Virus record (IMG/VR): IMGVR_UViG_3300008954_003475
Span: 124,001 to 188,000 of that record
Strand: one strand, 5' to 3'
DNA length: 64,000 nucleotides
Shown here: positions 1 to 10,457 of the stretch, one piece after another
How positions within the stretch are numbered: the first letter of the stretch is position 1
How the letters are laid out: the number at the start of each line of letters is the position of its first letter
Notes under the pieces: model-generated
What the model was told of the DNA's origin: nothing
Seen by the model: the letters and a program-made list of their open reading frames with translations, nothing else
The model's database searches: none
Made by a program: the position numbers and the translations under genes

Positions 1-1739
1 TCAATAGTTCTTCCTGAATACTTTTCTTTAAGGGCCGAAAAAACATCCTCTGTTCCAAAGCCTTCAGGAACTCTGATCAAATCTGTATCAACAGAAATCT
101 TAACGCCTGTCTTAATCTCAATCTCTTTTTGAATTATATTTTCTAATACAAATTTATCATTATCTCCCCTGGATACAAAAACAAGTTTTTTATTTGTATC
201 TGTCGATATATCAGATATTTTCTTCAATGCTTTATTTCTATTTACATTATTCAGATTAGAAAAGCTCATAAATTGACTAGGGATTAATGAATATTTAAAA
301 TTAATATTTTCATAGAAACCCTTTGATACTAAATTATTTAATCTAATATCTACAAAAGCTTCTTTATCAATCGAAAAGGTTTCATCATATAGACCTCTAA
401 ATATTTTATCATCCCTATCTGGAGGCCTATGCCTATACAGTCTAATCTTTGCTTTATTATCTATAATTAAATTATCAATATCAAATGCAACTATATCTTT
501 TATACTATCATTATTTAATGATGCCTTTTTAACTATTGTTTTTGCAGAATTTTCATCATCATTTATAACATAAATCTTATTATTTAAAATATTATAAAAG
601 CCAGAATTTAATAAATTAGAACGCTTAAAAATAACTTTATCTACACCAATTCCATTAATTATATTTGATATCTTTGATAAATCTTTATCAAGACCTGCTC
701 CATAATCTATATACATTAAATTAGATTCTTTAATACCAAGAACATCAGAGAGTCCTCCGGATATCTCTAAAACGTTTTTAACCCCAGAGCACCCATATAC
801 GCCCAAAGATCCTGGTTTAATATTTTTGCAAATCTTTTTAATTTTTGAATTATCATCTATAAAAATAATATCAATTGGATAATTAACACTTCCCATGTGA
901 TAACAAACGTCTGTAGGCTTATCATATGGAAATAATAATCCGGATTCCTTTTCTAATTTAGAATAAACTTGGAGGCCATCAATTTTTTCTTTATATGTTT
1001 TTGCCACATCACACTTAAAAACAATAGATGCATCATTGATATTGTCTTTCCCATAGCACCTAACAACTGCCGTTTTGTTTAAATCATTTCGTGAAACAAT
1101 ATACTTGCCAATCTTATCTATATGTTTATCTGTAATAATAAATCCTAATTTTTCTATAGAAGAAGATATGTCTATTGAGTTACTCGTAACAATAAACCCA
1201 TGGCCAACCGGTCTGAGGTGGTCGCAGATGTTGCCCAAAACTATCTCTAAAGAATCTTCTTCAGATGGCGTGCTGGTTATATAAAAACCATCAAATTTAT
1301 TTCTAAAAGTATGAAACATTGGATTTCCATATTCTTGATGAAAATTATGTAAATTTACTTTACTCGTTGCATTTTTAGATAAATTAATTAAATTATGACC
1401 TGCTTTTAAAATAACAGAAGCATTATCATCTGTCTGTTCTCCAATCCCCAAAACTGTTGATCCTCGCCTAAGCAGCCGCATAAACTTGTTGGAAAGATTT
1501 GCCAAAGCTTGATACTCATCATCTTCTATATCTGAATATAAATCTTCTGCCGGAAAAAATATACCTCCAGAGTATCCCACAGGGGCTTGCTCTTCAGGAG
1601 TTGTAGATATTTGAGCCACCATCATATCATAACGAGGCTGTGCATCCATATGTATATCCATGTGCGCATCTCCCGATGCAGACATAGATCCCATCTCAAG
1701 CTCTGGATCTCCAATATATGGCCAAGATAACTTTCTCAT
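1..1739 (-). CDS. DUF192-domain protein with an N-terminal degenerate SAM-methyltransferase-like region (3' end runs off the window)
   Basis: Not in the ORF track; translated by hand from ATG at 1739 (MRKLSWPYIGD...) and open to position 1. Contains CDVAKTYKEKIDGLQ..GLLFPY..YHMGSVNYPIDIIFID..VLEISGG (DUF192 pattern). AGGAG lies upstream. Confidence 0.7.
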   Translation of the reverse strand, partial: MRKLSWPYIGDPELEMGSMSASGDAHMDIHMDAQPRYDMMVAQISTTPEEQAPVGYSGGIFFPAEDLYSDIEDDEYQALANLSNKFMRLLRRGSTVLGIGEQTDDNASVILKAGHNLINLSKNATSKVNLHNFHQEYGNPMFHTFRNKFDGFYITSTPSEEDSLEIVLGNICDHLRPVGHGFIVTSNSIDISSSIEKLGFIITDKHIDKIGKYIVSRNDLNKTAVVRCYGKDNINDASIVFKCDVAKTYKEKIDGLQVYSKLEKESGLLFPYDKPTDVCYHMGSVNYPIDIIFIDDNSKIKKICKNIKPGSLGVYGCSGVKNVLEISGGLSDVLGIKESNLMYIDYGAGLDKDLSKISNIINGIGVDKVIFKRSNLLNSGFYNILNNKIYVINDDENSAKTIVKKASLNNDSIKDIVAFDIDNLIIDNKAKIRLYRHRPPDRDDKIFRGLYDETFSIDKEAFVDIRLNNLVSKGFYENINFKYSLIPSQFMSFSNLNNVNRNKALKKISDISTDTNKKLVFVSRGDNDKFVLENIIQKEIEIKTGVKISVDTDLIRVPEGFGTEDVFSALKEKYSGRTI

Positions 1740-1794
1740 TTCTTAACTTTTAACTCCTAATAACTATATAATCTATACTAAAAATAGCAGAATA

Positions 1795-2094
1795 TTATAA
1801 CCTTATCATTAGCTCGCTTAAAACAATATTTATAAAATATGGATCTTTTCCATTCAAAATATTCTTAACAAGACTAAGACTGACCCCTATAGCGGCCCCT
1901 CCCGGAGACTTCTTGCCTGCAATCTCCATTACATTAAACTCTTCTAATTTTTTTGAAACATTACTATACGACCTTACTCGGGCCTCAGGGGACATGCTGC
2001 TTATCATAATCTTTATTATACTATGCAGCTGTTCCGCTACATAAGTAGGGTTTTGTTCAAGCAATTGCGCTTCTTTCTCTAATCTACTTGACAT
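1795..2094 (-). CDS. hypothetical protein, probably virion-associated
   Basis: 99-aa ORF overlapping the upstream gene; begins MSSRLEKEAQ (K-x-A). Confidence 0.6.
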   Translation of the reverse strand: MSSRLEKEAQLLEQNPTYVAEQLHSIIKIMISSMSPEARVRSYSNVSKKLEEFNVMEIAGKKSPGGAAIGVSLSLVKNILNGKDPYFINIVLSELMIRL

Positions 2095-2638
2095 ACTCTT
2101 TAACCCTTGAAACGCTTCCTTGGTAAGCCTTTCTTCTTGCCGTTGCCTCGTTTTCTTCTAAATTATTATATAACTTTAATAATTTATTAAACTCAAGAGT
2201 AGCTTCGATCAATATATCATCTTTGTCCAAAACATCAGAATCTACAATCTTTACTAGCAAATCTCTAAATAATGCAGAATAATCTATATTTTTTTGCACT
2301 GCTATCTTTTTTATTAAAAAGTCTGCAAAATTTGCCAAAGCAACATCCTCTTCTTTGTCCATTTCGTCTGCCATAGCAATCATCATTTGCATTAAATCAT
2401 CATAATCTAATTGTTTTATTCTTTTTCTTTTTATTTTCTCCGTAAAAAACGGCCTCTCCTCTTCCTCTGTGTGCGTAGGGGGCATAACAGGCTCTCCGGG
2501 GGCTGCAAAACCCCTTCCTATGCCTACGCCCGGGTTTCCAGTCAAACCCTCCTCTGCCTCTGTCACGCTTGGAAGATCACAGGATTTAACCTTTGGTTTT
2601 AACCTTAGCCTTTTATTTCTATAAGATATCTTCTTCAT
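2084..2638 (-). CDS. hypothetical protein carrying the shared LA..LD..G...A...D motif
   Basis: 184-aa ORF containing MIAMADEMDKEEDVALANFADFLIKKIA. Confidence 0.65.
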   Translation of the reverse strand: MKKISYRNKRLRLKPKVKSCDLPSVTEAEEGLTGNPGVGIGRGFAAPGEPVMPPTHTEEEERPFFTEKIKRKRIKQLDYDDLMQMMIAMADEMDKEEDVALANFADFLIKKIAVQKNIDYSALFRDLLVKIVDSDVLDKDDILIEATLEFNKLLKLYNNLEENEATARRKAYQGSVSRVKEYVK

Positions 2639-2648
2639 CTTTCAAAAC

Positions 2649-4310
2649 CTACTTAAGCCCGCGCTTAACTTTTCCAAAGTCAGAAGACACAACCCTATCC
2701 GATAAAGACTTGCCTTTTCTCTTTTTTACCTTAAACTTGTTTCCCTTAGAATCCCTCAACCTTCCCCCTCCAAGAACTAAATCTGCAGGAGTAAAAGCAA
2801 CCGCCTCTCCACTTGGAGAGACAGTTTCATACAAAGGAGTCGTTGATGATGCACTTGAAAGCTTTACTAGATCATCAAATGTTGTATCATTATTTGCCAT
2901 AATGCTTATATCTTCATTAACAGTTCTTATATTCATTAATTTAACCAAATCTGAAGCTTTTGCAGTTTCTTGCAAAATAGCTGAAGGATTAAAATAAATA
3001 GTAAGCTTTGCTCCTTCTGATGTATTTTCTGATGAAACATTTGTTATAAACTTTGGAAGATCTGTACTTATATCTTTTAATGTTTTTATTTTATTATTTT
3101 TCATAAAATATAAAAAATAATCCATATCTTTGCCAACCGGCTTTACATATCTCGCCATTGGTCCGGTCAAAACCAAGCTAACAACCGGAATATTTGTAGG
3201 ATCTAACAATCGCCTGTTTATCACTATCTCTCCTGGGTTTGCGCCAACACTAGATCCGCCCCCAGGCCTTACCCTGCTAATCTCAATCCCTTTAACAACC
3301 TCATTAAATGAAGGCAGCTTCGCTTCTCCGCCACCCCCCTCCTGCACGCTCTTGCCAGACTCTGTTGCCCCCGACTTATTCTCATCCGAACCTGCATCTC
3401 TAACAGACTCTGCAGAACCACCTCTGTCAAGGCCTTTAACGAGTTGCCACCAATCATCTATGGCCCGATAAAGCCCGCCAAGCTGCACGATGTCATCTGA
3501 TTGACCTCCGGCCGTGAAATCACTATCGTTATTGACGCCTTCAATACTAACCTGACCCTCTTGTGCTTGCTTGTTCATACTGGTAGAAGAAAATCTTGCA
3601 CCGACACCTTCGTAGTCAATGCTTGAACCAGCACCAACCTTCTCTTTAAAAGAGACTATAGCATCAAATTTTGACCTAAGCAATGGTATTAACTTATTCA
3701 AGATAAGCTTATGAGGACTCTCTCCGGGGGCTAATCCTAAAAAATCTGTCGTTCTAGCTGATTCGTCCAAACTTTTATATTCTATTGCTAAAGATTTCGT
3801 TTCTGATGTATTATTTGTTATATTTTTCGAAATAGAAGTATTTTTAACAAGATTCATAAATGCTTCAAAATTATCACTATAAAGACTTTTAGATGGCTGT
3901 ATTATATATTGTTGAAATGCTCGCTTAGAATTTTCATTTACCTTATTATTGTCAAACTCCATAGTAGATTCGGTTTTAACTCGCCTTTCCAAAAGCCGAC
4001 CCGTCGATCCGGTCATTAGAGCCAGGCCTCTAAAAATTCCACTAATGATAGATCCCTCTATTCCGCTGTATGATGCAAAGTCTTTGCGAATACCTTTTTC
4101 AATACCTTTATCTACAGCTTTTAAGGCCGCTGTCATTAATCGTCCATCAATATCAAACTGCTCTGCCCCAGAACCTTTACCTCCCGGGGCAGAGTTAGCA
4201 GGCTGCGCTGGTGGCGCTCCTGACTCATTCTCTATATTTATAGACTCATCACTGGTGTCTACACTTACACCTTCGCCCATGTCTATTCCTCTTTTTGTAA
4301 AATTACTCAT
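2649..4310 (-). CDS. hypothetical protein downstream of the portal gene (probable head/internal protein)
   Basis: Start reassigned to ATG 4310 (MSNFTKRG; AGGTG upstream; no overlap with portal). 553 aa with Gly/Ser-rich linkers and a basic C-terminus. Confidence 0.65.
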   Translation of the reverse strand: MSNFTKRGIDMGEGVSVDTSDESINIENESGAPPAQPANSAPGGKGSGAEQFDIDGRLMTAALKAVDKGIEKGIRKDFASYSGIEGSIISGIFRGLALMTGSTGRLLERRVKTESTMEFDNNKVNENSKRAFQQYIIQPSKSLYSDNFEAFMNLVKNTSISKNITNNTSETKSLAIEYKSLDESARTTDFLGLAPGESPHKLILNKLIPLLRSKFDAIVSFKEKVGAGSSIDYEGVGARFSSTSMNKQAQEGQVSIEGVNNDSDFTAGGQSDDIVQLGGLYRAIDDWWQLVKGLDRGGSAESVRDAGSDENKSGATESGKSVQEGGGGEAKLPSFNEVVKGIEISRVRPGGGSSVGANPGEIVINRRLLDPTNIPVVSLVLTGPMARYVKPVGKDMDYFLYFMKNNKIKTLKDISTDLPKFITNVSSENTSEGAKLTIYFNPSAILQETAKASDLVKLMNIRTVNEDISIMANNDTTFDDLVKLSSASSTTPLYETVSPSGEAVAFTPADLVLGGGRLRDSKGNKFKVKKRKGKSLSDRVVSSDFGKVKRGLK

Positions 4311-4317
4311 AAAGCAC

Positions 4318-6018
4318 CTACAACTCTCCACCTGGAGGCTCGCCACCGGGTGGAGGTGGAGCGCCACCGCCCATGTCTCCGCCGCCCGGCGGAACCCCAG
4401 GAAGCCCCTCGCCCCCGGCTGGAGCCGCGCCAAGTCCTTCGGGAGGCTCTGATATCACCTTGCCTGGGTCCAGTCCTAACAACTCTGACAACTTCATATT
4501 GCCCAATACTTGTTGCTCTTTGGCAAAAATCTGTTCATCAATCATTTCTTCTCGTATTCTTCTGCGCTCATCCTCATATCCAAGCCCAAGGCTTCTATGC
4601 AGAGTCTGTAGCGATACCTGCTTATTTCCAACAAACTGTCCGATTGCTGTAATAAAATCAGCCATATCATATAGGTTCATATGATTAAAGTCAATCGATG
4701 GAACCAACAACCTTTTCTCTCCATCTTTATATTCGAAAAAATCTTGAAGTTCACATATTGGTGCAAAGATCTTTCTCTCAAGCCACTTCTTCATCATGTT
4801 TCTAAATATGTCATACCTTTGCCTAAGAACCTCAAGCCCAACAGAGGAGCTTGCGTATGTGGCAGCCTCTTGGTCCATCAAGGCCTTTGGAGTCATAAGG
4901 CCTGCATATAAGTTGTTTATTATAAGCTCAACATCTGTTCCAATCTCTAAAACACCTCCGGAAAAACCATTTCGTTCAATTTTAACACCGTTATGTGTTA
5001 CGATTTTAAAGTCCTTGTCATACTGAGCCTCTTCTAATAGGTCTTTAAACGCCTCTATATCAGCCTGTGTTGGCCTGTAATCACCCTCACCGCCTAGCGT
5101 GACCAGGGTAAGAGGGTTGACCATTCCATCGGCCTGTGCGAACTTGCTTTCTCTTAATTTATCATAAAGCATTAGATCTTTATAAACAGATACTATGACA
5201 GAGGTTCCTCTAACATCATATGGCGAACTTAATAATTTAAGATGTGATATATTAAATGCATCTAATGGAATATTTTGACCTCTTCTAACATAATCTACAA
5301 TATGTTTTGGAATATACTTTCTAAGAGATAAATCAGCAGGAGATGTTGAATTTATAATTCTTTGCAAATTTGCATCTGGCCTAAGGGATACAAGGGTATG
5401 GTTTCCTATTACAGACTTCTTTACGTGTACATAATCTGGATTTAATATAGTTATCCTACTCCATGTTCCAAGACTCTCATCTAACTCCGCATAAGGAAAT
5501 GCTTCACCCATCTTCCAAAACTCTAAAGCCGCACCATAAACAACGGAATACAAGTCAATTTTTTCTGCCATCTCCATAAAAAATTGCTGTACTCTTTTGT
5601 TTTTGCATGTAATATTTATCTTGCTTATCGGATACGAAGCATGAAGATTGATAGCGTTTCTAACAATTGGGTGTGTATCATAAAAAACACGATTCCATGC
5701 ATTCATGGTTACGCGATCACGCGGTAAGTTTAGATTCGCTAATTGAAATAATGGAGAATAAATCTCTGGCGACATCCTGTCTGTTGTAGAGGATGTCGAA
5801 GGTCCCGCCATAGGGGACGCTACAGAGGCGTTCTTTAGAAAGTTTAAACTATTTTTTCTGAACCCAGGGCTGTGTGCAACACTTCCGTAAATTTTAACTT
5901 CAGATTGTGCATCAAGCTGCTTATTCGCAGCATCTGTAATTTGCGCACGCCTAACCTCAGAGATAGAGTCGGCTGCCTTTTTTGAAATTTGTGTTGGCGG
6001 TCTGTTAATCCTTCTCAT
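4318..6018 (-). CDS. portal protein
   Basis: 566 aa directly downstream of terminase; segments FYDTHPIVRNAINLHASYP, GEAFPY, ILNPDYV and RGTSVI resemble large-phage portals; Pro/Gly-rich C-terminal tail. Confidence 0.8.
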   Translation of the reverse strand: MRRINRPPTQISKKAADSISEVRRAQITDAANKQLDAQSEVKIYGSVAHSPGFRKNSLNFLKNASVASPMAGPSTSSTTDRMSPEIYSPLFQLANLNLPRDRVTMNAWNRVFYDTHPIVRNAINLHASYPISKINITCKNKRVQQFFMEMAEKIDLYSVVYGAALEFWKMGEAFPYAELDESLGTWSRITILNPDYVHVKKSVIGNHTLVSLRPDANLQRIINSTSPADLSLRKYIPKHIVDYVRRGQNIPLDAFNISHLKLLSSPYDVRGTSVIVSVYKDLMLYDKLRESKFAQADGMVNPLTLVTLGGEGDYRPTQADIEAFKDLLEEAQYDKDFKIVTHNGVKIERNGFSGGVLEIGTDVELIINNLYAGLMTPKALMDQEAATYASSSVGLEVLRQRYDIFRNMMKKWLERKIFAPICELQDFFEYKDGEKRLLVPSIDFNHMNLYDMADFITAIGQFVGNKQVSLQTLHRSLGLGYEDERRRIREEMIDEQIFAKEQQVLGNMKLSELLGLDPGKVISEPPEGLGAAPAGGEGLPGVPPGGGDMGGGAPPPPGGEPPGGEL

Positions 6019-6021
6019 ATT

Positions 6022-7794
6022 CTATACTCTCCTTGTAACCTTAGCCAATGTAGATCTTAAATAATTTGATTGTCTCTCTAAACCAGGTTTAATAGTAAAA
6101 CCCTTCGTAAGATCAAACTTATATGCCATATAAGCATACATGAGGGCCATCAGTCCATCATTTGGCGCTGATCCTTTTACAAAAGTCTTTATTGGTTGGC
6201 CCCCAGTTATTCTGACCTTTGACTCCATAGATGTGCAATGATCTATTAGCCACTCTACATGCTCATAGCTCTTCCATGGAAATCTTATTTTACCCTTTCT
6301 AAACAAATCAAACAGTTCGTCAATTAAAAGATCTTTATTATAAGAAATTATTAATTCATCCTCTCTGTATTTCATAGGCTTTATCAAACTTCCGCTTCCT
6401 TGTGCTCCAAGAAATCTTTCTCTATAAAGAGACTGAAGATCTCCAACCACATCTTGGCCAAAAAACCAATCAGATACGCCGCGTTGAACGCCAAAGCGTC
6501 TATACATCTCTTTTATTGTATCTTTTTTGAAAGAGAAATTATTTTTACGCAACTTATGAGCATGCTCTATCGACAACGCCCCGTCTGGTTGCGCTGATAA
6601 TACAACAACGCACGAATAAGACTGACCACCTTTAGAGTTGGGATCGTCCTCTTTGCCTCCCCAATCAACCCCCAGGTAAACAGCCTTATCTCTTGGGTTA
6701 ATTTTTTTAGCAAAGCTTCTGTCTGGATCTCTACACTTGTCATAAATCTCCGCCTTAGTAAGAGGTGATCCTGCGCCAGAGTAAAACTCTCCAACTACTT
6801 CATTTTTCCAAATCCTTTCTGTTTGAGCCGGATTATTTTCCGGCATTAATTTTTCAATATTTTCTTTTGTAAAATAAGGAATATATAACTGATTTATATG
6901 AAAACCTACAAATTCGCAATTATCTGGATCAGCAGAACCAACCCACTTACCTCGCTCAGTTGCCTCAACCTTCTTCTGCTTGGTTCCACACAGAGGACAC
7001 TGAATTATATTTTCATGCAACCAAATAGACTTCCATCTATCATCTTCTGGCAAATAAAAGGGATACGTTTCTCCGCAATTTATGCACCCCAAATGATAAT
7101 ATCGTTGATCTGACATATCCCAAATGGTAGAAAAATAACTACCCCTTTGTTTCGGGGTTCCAAAGAAAACTTGAACACCCTGGCCGGTGGGGCCATACTT
7201 TGCCGCTGTTAAAATCTTTGTAGCATTTCCAATGGCATGACCAAACATATCCTGAACTTCGTCAAAAAAGACTATATCCGCTGTCATACCACGAATTCTA
7301 TCACCATCTGTGCCCAAACTGTCTATCCATAAAGTACCTTTATTAAATTGCTTCATGGTTAAATTGTCAACAGAGTTTGAGCTAATTAATTTATTTTTAT
7401 TTATAAAATCATTCTTAGCCGTTCTGATTAATGTTTCAAGCTTATCTTGTGAAAACTTCTTCACCTGCCCGAGGGCCGGAAAAAGGTGAACAACTCTAAT
7501 ATTCGGCTTATCAAACAGGCCGCTATTCGTAAAAAACAAATCAAGAGCGCCAGCCATAACGGTTGCACCAACCTGACGGCCCTTCTTTATAACAACTGGC
7601 TTTCCATCTTTTCTTGTTGCTTGCAAAGCAATATACCGATATATATCGGCCATAAACTTCCACCCATTATCAAGAACTCTAAACTCTGCTCCGTCTAAAG
7701 TTAGATTATTTTGAACAAAGTGTGCTGGGTCGAAGTCTAAGAAGCTTTCTTTGAGTTGTTCAAAAAGTTTTTCTTGACTTTGTTTCTTTGACAT
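6022..7794 (-). CDS. terL: terminase large subunit (GpA-like)
   Basis: Walker A-like KKGRQVGAT, Walker B VFFDEV, coupling motif GTP, Zn ribbon CINC...CPLC, nuclease motif LGVDWG, C-terminal NDGLMAL. Confidence 0.9.
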   Translation of the reverse strand: MSKKQSQEKLFEQLKESFLDFDPAHFVQNNLTLDGAEFRVLDNGWKFMADIYRYIALQATRKDGKPVVIKKGRQVGATVMAGALDLFFTNSGLFDKPNIRVVHLFPALGQVKKFSQDKLETLIRTAKNDFINKNKLISSNSVDNLTMKQFNKGTLWIDSLGTDGDRIRGMTADIVFFDEVQDMFGHAIGNATKILTAAKYGPTGQGVQVFFGTPKQRGSYFSTIWDMSDQRYYHLGCINCGETYPFYLPEDDRWKSIWLHENIIQCPLCGTKQKKVEATERGKWVGSADPDNCEFVGFHINQLYIPYFTKENIEKLMPENNPAQTERIWKNEVVGEFYSGAGSPLTKAEIYDKCRDPDRSFAKKINPRDKAVYLGVDWGGKEDDPNSKGGQSYSCVVVLSAQPDGALSIEHAHKLRKNNFSFKKDTIKEMYRRFGVQRGVSDWFFGQDVVGDLQSLYRERFLGAQGSGSLIKPMKYREDELIISYNKDLLIDELFDLFRKGKIRFPWKSYEHVEWLIDHCTSMESKVRITGGQPIKTFVKGSAPNDGLMALMYAYMAYKFDLTKGFTIKPGLERQSNYLRSTLAKVTRRV

Positions 7795-8384
7795 TATGGT
7801 CCGGTTTGAGCATGATTCATGTAATCTGCAGTGTCATCATCAAATGATGATGGCATATCTGCCTCAGATACATATTCTACTATTTCCGGACCTTTTTTGT
7901 GTTTATTTAAGAGCTTTTCAACTATAGCTTTAAACTTGCCATTGTCAAGCTTTCCTTCTATTCTATCATATCCAAGATTTGGATGTTCGCGACAATGAGT
8001 AATAACTGTTCCATAATTTGCATCTGGACGATCTTCTGCAAAATCTTTAATATATTTTAAGATATTTCTAAGGGCATCAACATTGTTGCCACGTTCTTTT
8101 TTTGTCTTACATGGGCCACAACCGCCAGTACAGCCACCGCCGCAACCTGCCTCTTTTATATTCTCTTCCGTATTGGTATTTACACTTTTAACAAGATCAA
8201 ATCCTGCACGAGCCTTTAGGTCTGCCATCTTCTCTTCGATTGTATCAAAATCTTTCCTCTTCTTCATAATAGAACGAAGATTGCTGAGATAATCAGCATT
8301 CTTTTCTAAATTATTGGCAAAGTCATTAACCCAACTAACCGTTGTGCTATATTCTTCACTTAAATTTTGTCTTTTTACTTTCAT
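7794..8384 (-). CDS. hypothetical protein with a Cys/Gly cluster
   Basis: 196 aa with GCGGGCTGGCGPC; stop overlaps the terL start. Confidence 0.65.
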   Translation of the reverse strand: MKVKRQNLSEEYSTTVSWVNDFANNLEKNADYLSNLRSIMKKRKDFDTIEEKMADLKARAGFDLVKSVNTNTEENIKEAGCGGGCTGGCGPCKTKKERGNNVDALRNILKYIKDFAEDRPDANYGTVITHCREHPNLGYDRIEGKLDNGKFKAIVEKLLNKHKKGPEIVEYVSEADMPSSFDDDTADYMNHAQTGP

Positions 8385-8416
8385 TAAATTGACCTTTAAA
8401 TTTGCTAACCCTTTAC

Positions 8417-8920
8417 TTACTCAGAAAGTATACCAGTTACACCGCTAGGAAGATCTGTTGCTCCGCCGGCCATATCCAACCACTTTGACCATTCTCCGCC
8501 TGTTGCCAACGGCGCTGTTTGTCCGGGAGCTGAAAGAATATCTTCAAAGCCAGGAAGCTTTAACTTTCCGCTCATAAGCATTTCTAACAAAATGCCTTTA
8601 AACTCTTCATTTGCCAAAAGAAGATTCATAACACTACTTTTTTGTTTAGTATCCAAAGCTATAACCGCATCTGCCAATTTTTCTGGAGACATATGCTCTG
8701 CAATATCTGCCAGCTTTCCCGCACCAACGGTATCAGCCACACCGCCAAGGCGTTCTGGATCCCAGTTTTTAACCACATTTTCAGCCATCCGAGTTTTTGC
8801 ATCTTCAAAAAGACCCTCTTTCTTTTCAGCAGCCTTAATAATCCTGTCTACAAGATCCGCCTCCTTAAGAAGCCCCTTGCTATCCAAACTATTCGCCAAA
8901 TTTACCAAATCTTTTAACAT
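8417..8920 (-). CDS. hypothetical protein with the shared motif at its N-terminus
   Basis: Begins MLKDLVNLANSLDSKGLLKEADLVDRIIKAA; GGAGG RBS. Confidence 0.7.
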   Translation of the reverse strand: MLKDLVNLANSLDSKGLLKEADLVDRIIKAAEKKEGLFEDAKTRMAENVVKNWDPERLGGVADTVGAGKLADIAEHMSPEKLADAVIALDTKQKSSVMNLLLANEEFKGILLEMLMSGKLKLPGFEDILSAPGQTAPLATGGEWSKWLDMAGGATDLPSGVTGILSE

Positions 8921-8929
8921 CTCATCCTC

Positions 8930-9973
8930 CTAGGCAAAGTAATTTCTCAAAAAATCAACGCCGGCCTTGCCCTCGCCCTTCTTGGCGTCATCGCCGGTAT
9001 CATTTGGGGAAAATGTTCCACGATCCTTAAAGATATGAAACCCACTATCCATACATAGCTGCATTATTGCAAGCTCTTCTCTGTCATCAATAGAGTACTT
9101 ATTAGACAAAAAGCCATAAACATCTTCCATCGAATGGCCGCCTGATACATGTGCATTAATCATAATTCCAGAAATAGCCCGCTCAAAGGGAGATACTGCT
9201 ATAACTATATTATTCGGAGTAGCGGCCTCCTTTGTAAGCTCACCGTATTCAATCTCTCTGCCAGAAGCATTGATCCACTTCGGAATGCCATTGGCACCTA
9301 CAGAGGCTTTCTTGTCATGCTCGTCTTTCACCATCTTCTTCAGCTTTCCAATATGTTTCTTGAGAACTAATACGTCCTTCATTATATTTACCCGAACACC
9401 CTCTAGGGCTTGAATGTCTAATACATTATCTGAATCTTCACGAATAGCTCTTGAGATTTGAGAATTCAACTTATCCAAGAAGCTTGTAGCTCGCTCGCAG
9501 CCGACCATGCTTCTTCCGTCATGCTGAGGGATGTTTCCAGGATATTGTTCATGAACATATTCCATAAATTTAGACAAGTCTCCATCATCTGCGTAATTGG
9601 TCTCTTGCTCATCTTCATCCTCGTCTAGTTCTTCAGATCTCAATTGTGAGCCGGGAACTAAATCAGATAAAGAAACATCTCCATGCTCCTCTAAGAATTC
9701 AGTTATATCCTTATCTAACCCCTCCATCTCGCCGCCGAGTTCTCCAAGGCTGCCTTCCCCCTCTGTAAAGGGCTCAAGGACATCCTCAAGGGTTCCGTCA
9801 CCTAAATCATCTGTTCCCACGGCAGAAGCCATGCCCGCCCCGAAGATTTCCTCTTCAGACAGGCCTTCAAACATATCGTCTTCTGCATAACCAGTAAGAT
9901 CGCCTTCCACGTAAGATGTTTGATCTAATTCAGATTCTTTAAAAATTGTTGTTGTCTTAAAATTATTAGCCAT
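8930..9973 (-). CDS. acidic hypothetical protein, head module
   Basis: 347 aa with a very acidic N-terminal half; AGGAG RBS. Confidence 0.7.
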   Translation of the reverse strand: MANNFKTTTIFKESELDQTSYVEGDLTGYAEDDMFEGLSEEEIFGAGMASAVGTDDLGDGTLEDVLEPFTEGEGSLGELGGEMEGLDKDITEFLEEHGDVSLSDLVPGSQLRSEELDEDEDEQETNYADDGDLSKFMEYVHEQYPGNIPQHDGRSMVGCERATSFLDKLNSQISRAIREDSDNVLDIQALEGVRVNIMKDVLVLKKHIGKLKKMVKDEHDKKASVGANGIPKWINASGREIEYGELTKEAATPNNIVIAVSPFERAISGIMINAHVSGGHSMEDVYGFLSNKYSIDDREELAIMQLCMDSGFHIFKDRGTFSPNDTGDDAKKGEGKAGVDFLRNYFA

Positions 9974-9981
9974 TTTTTCTC

Positions 9982-10416
9982 CTATCCTACTAAGCTATAA
10001 AGTCCGTAATATACGTTTCTACTTTCATTATTATCAGAATAATAATCTAACGGATAACCATACTGAGCCTCTGGCATATTTCCTATCATAATATGCGGGT
10101 ACAAAGGACTGCCATTTAACCCAACATTACCTGCAGGAATAGTAGATTGCTTTGAGTCATACTTGCAGTCAACAGAGTCCTTCTCTTCGAAAATCATGTC
10201 TGCAAAAGGGCACTTCGAATACTCTTCGACCATAAGCATTATTTCCAAATTATTATCCGCAATCTCTCTAGCGTCTTCTTTGTTATCAGCAGCTTCCAAC
10301 GGAGTCATGCTAAGAATAGCTGATTTTTTCGAATCTTTTGCCACTCCACCAGCTATTTTGCATCCTGCAGCAACAGGCAGGCCGAATGGGCATCTGGTCG
10401 TTTTTCCTCTAATCAT
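9982..10416 (-). CDS. hypothetical Cys-containing protein
   Basis: 144 aa; CPFGL..C and CPFA..C suggest a metal site. Confidence 0.6.
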   Translation of the reverse strand: MIRGKTTRCPFGLPVAAGCKIAGGVAKDSKKSAILSMTPLEAADNKEDAREIADNNLEIMLMVEEYSKCPFADMIFEEKDSVDCKYDSKQSTIPAGNVGLNGSPLYPHIMIGNMPEAQYGYPLDYYSDNNESRNVYYGLYSLVG

Positions 10417-10457
10417 AATTAATTATATCCTACTAAATGAAGAAAGTATTAGTAAGT

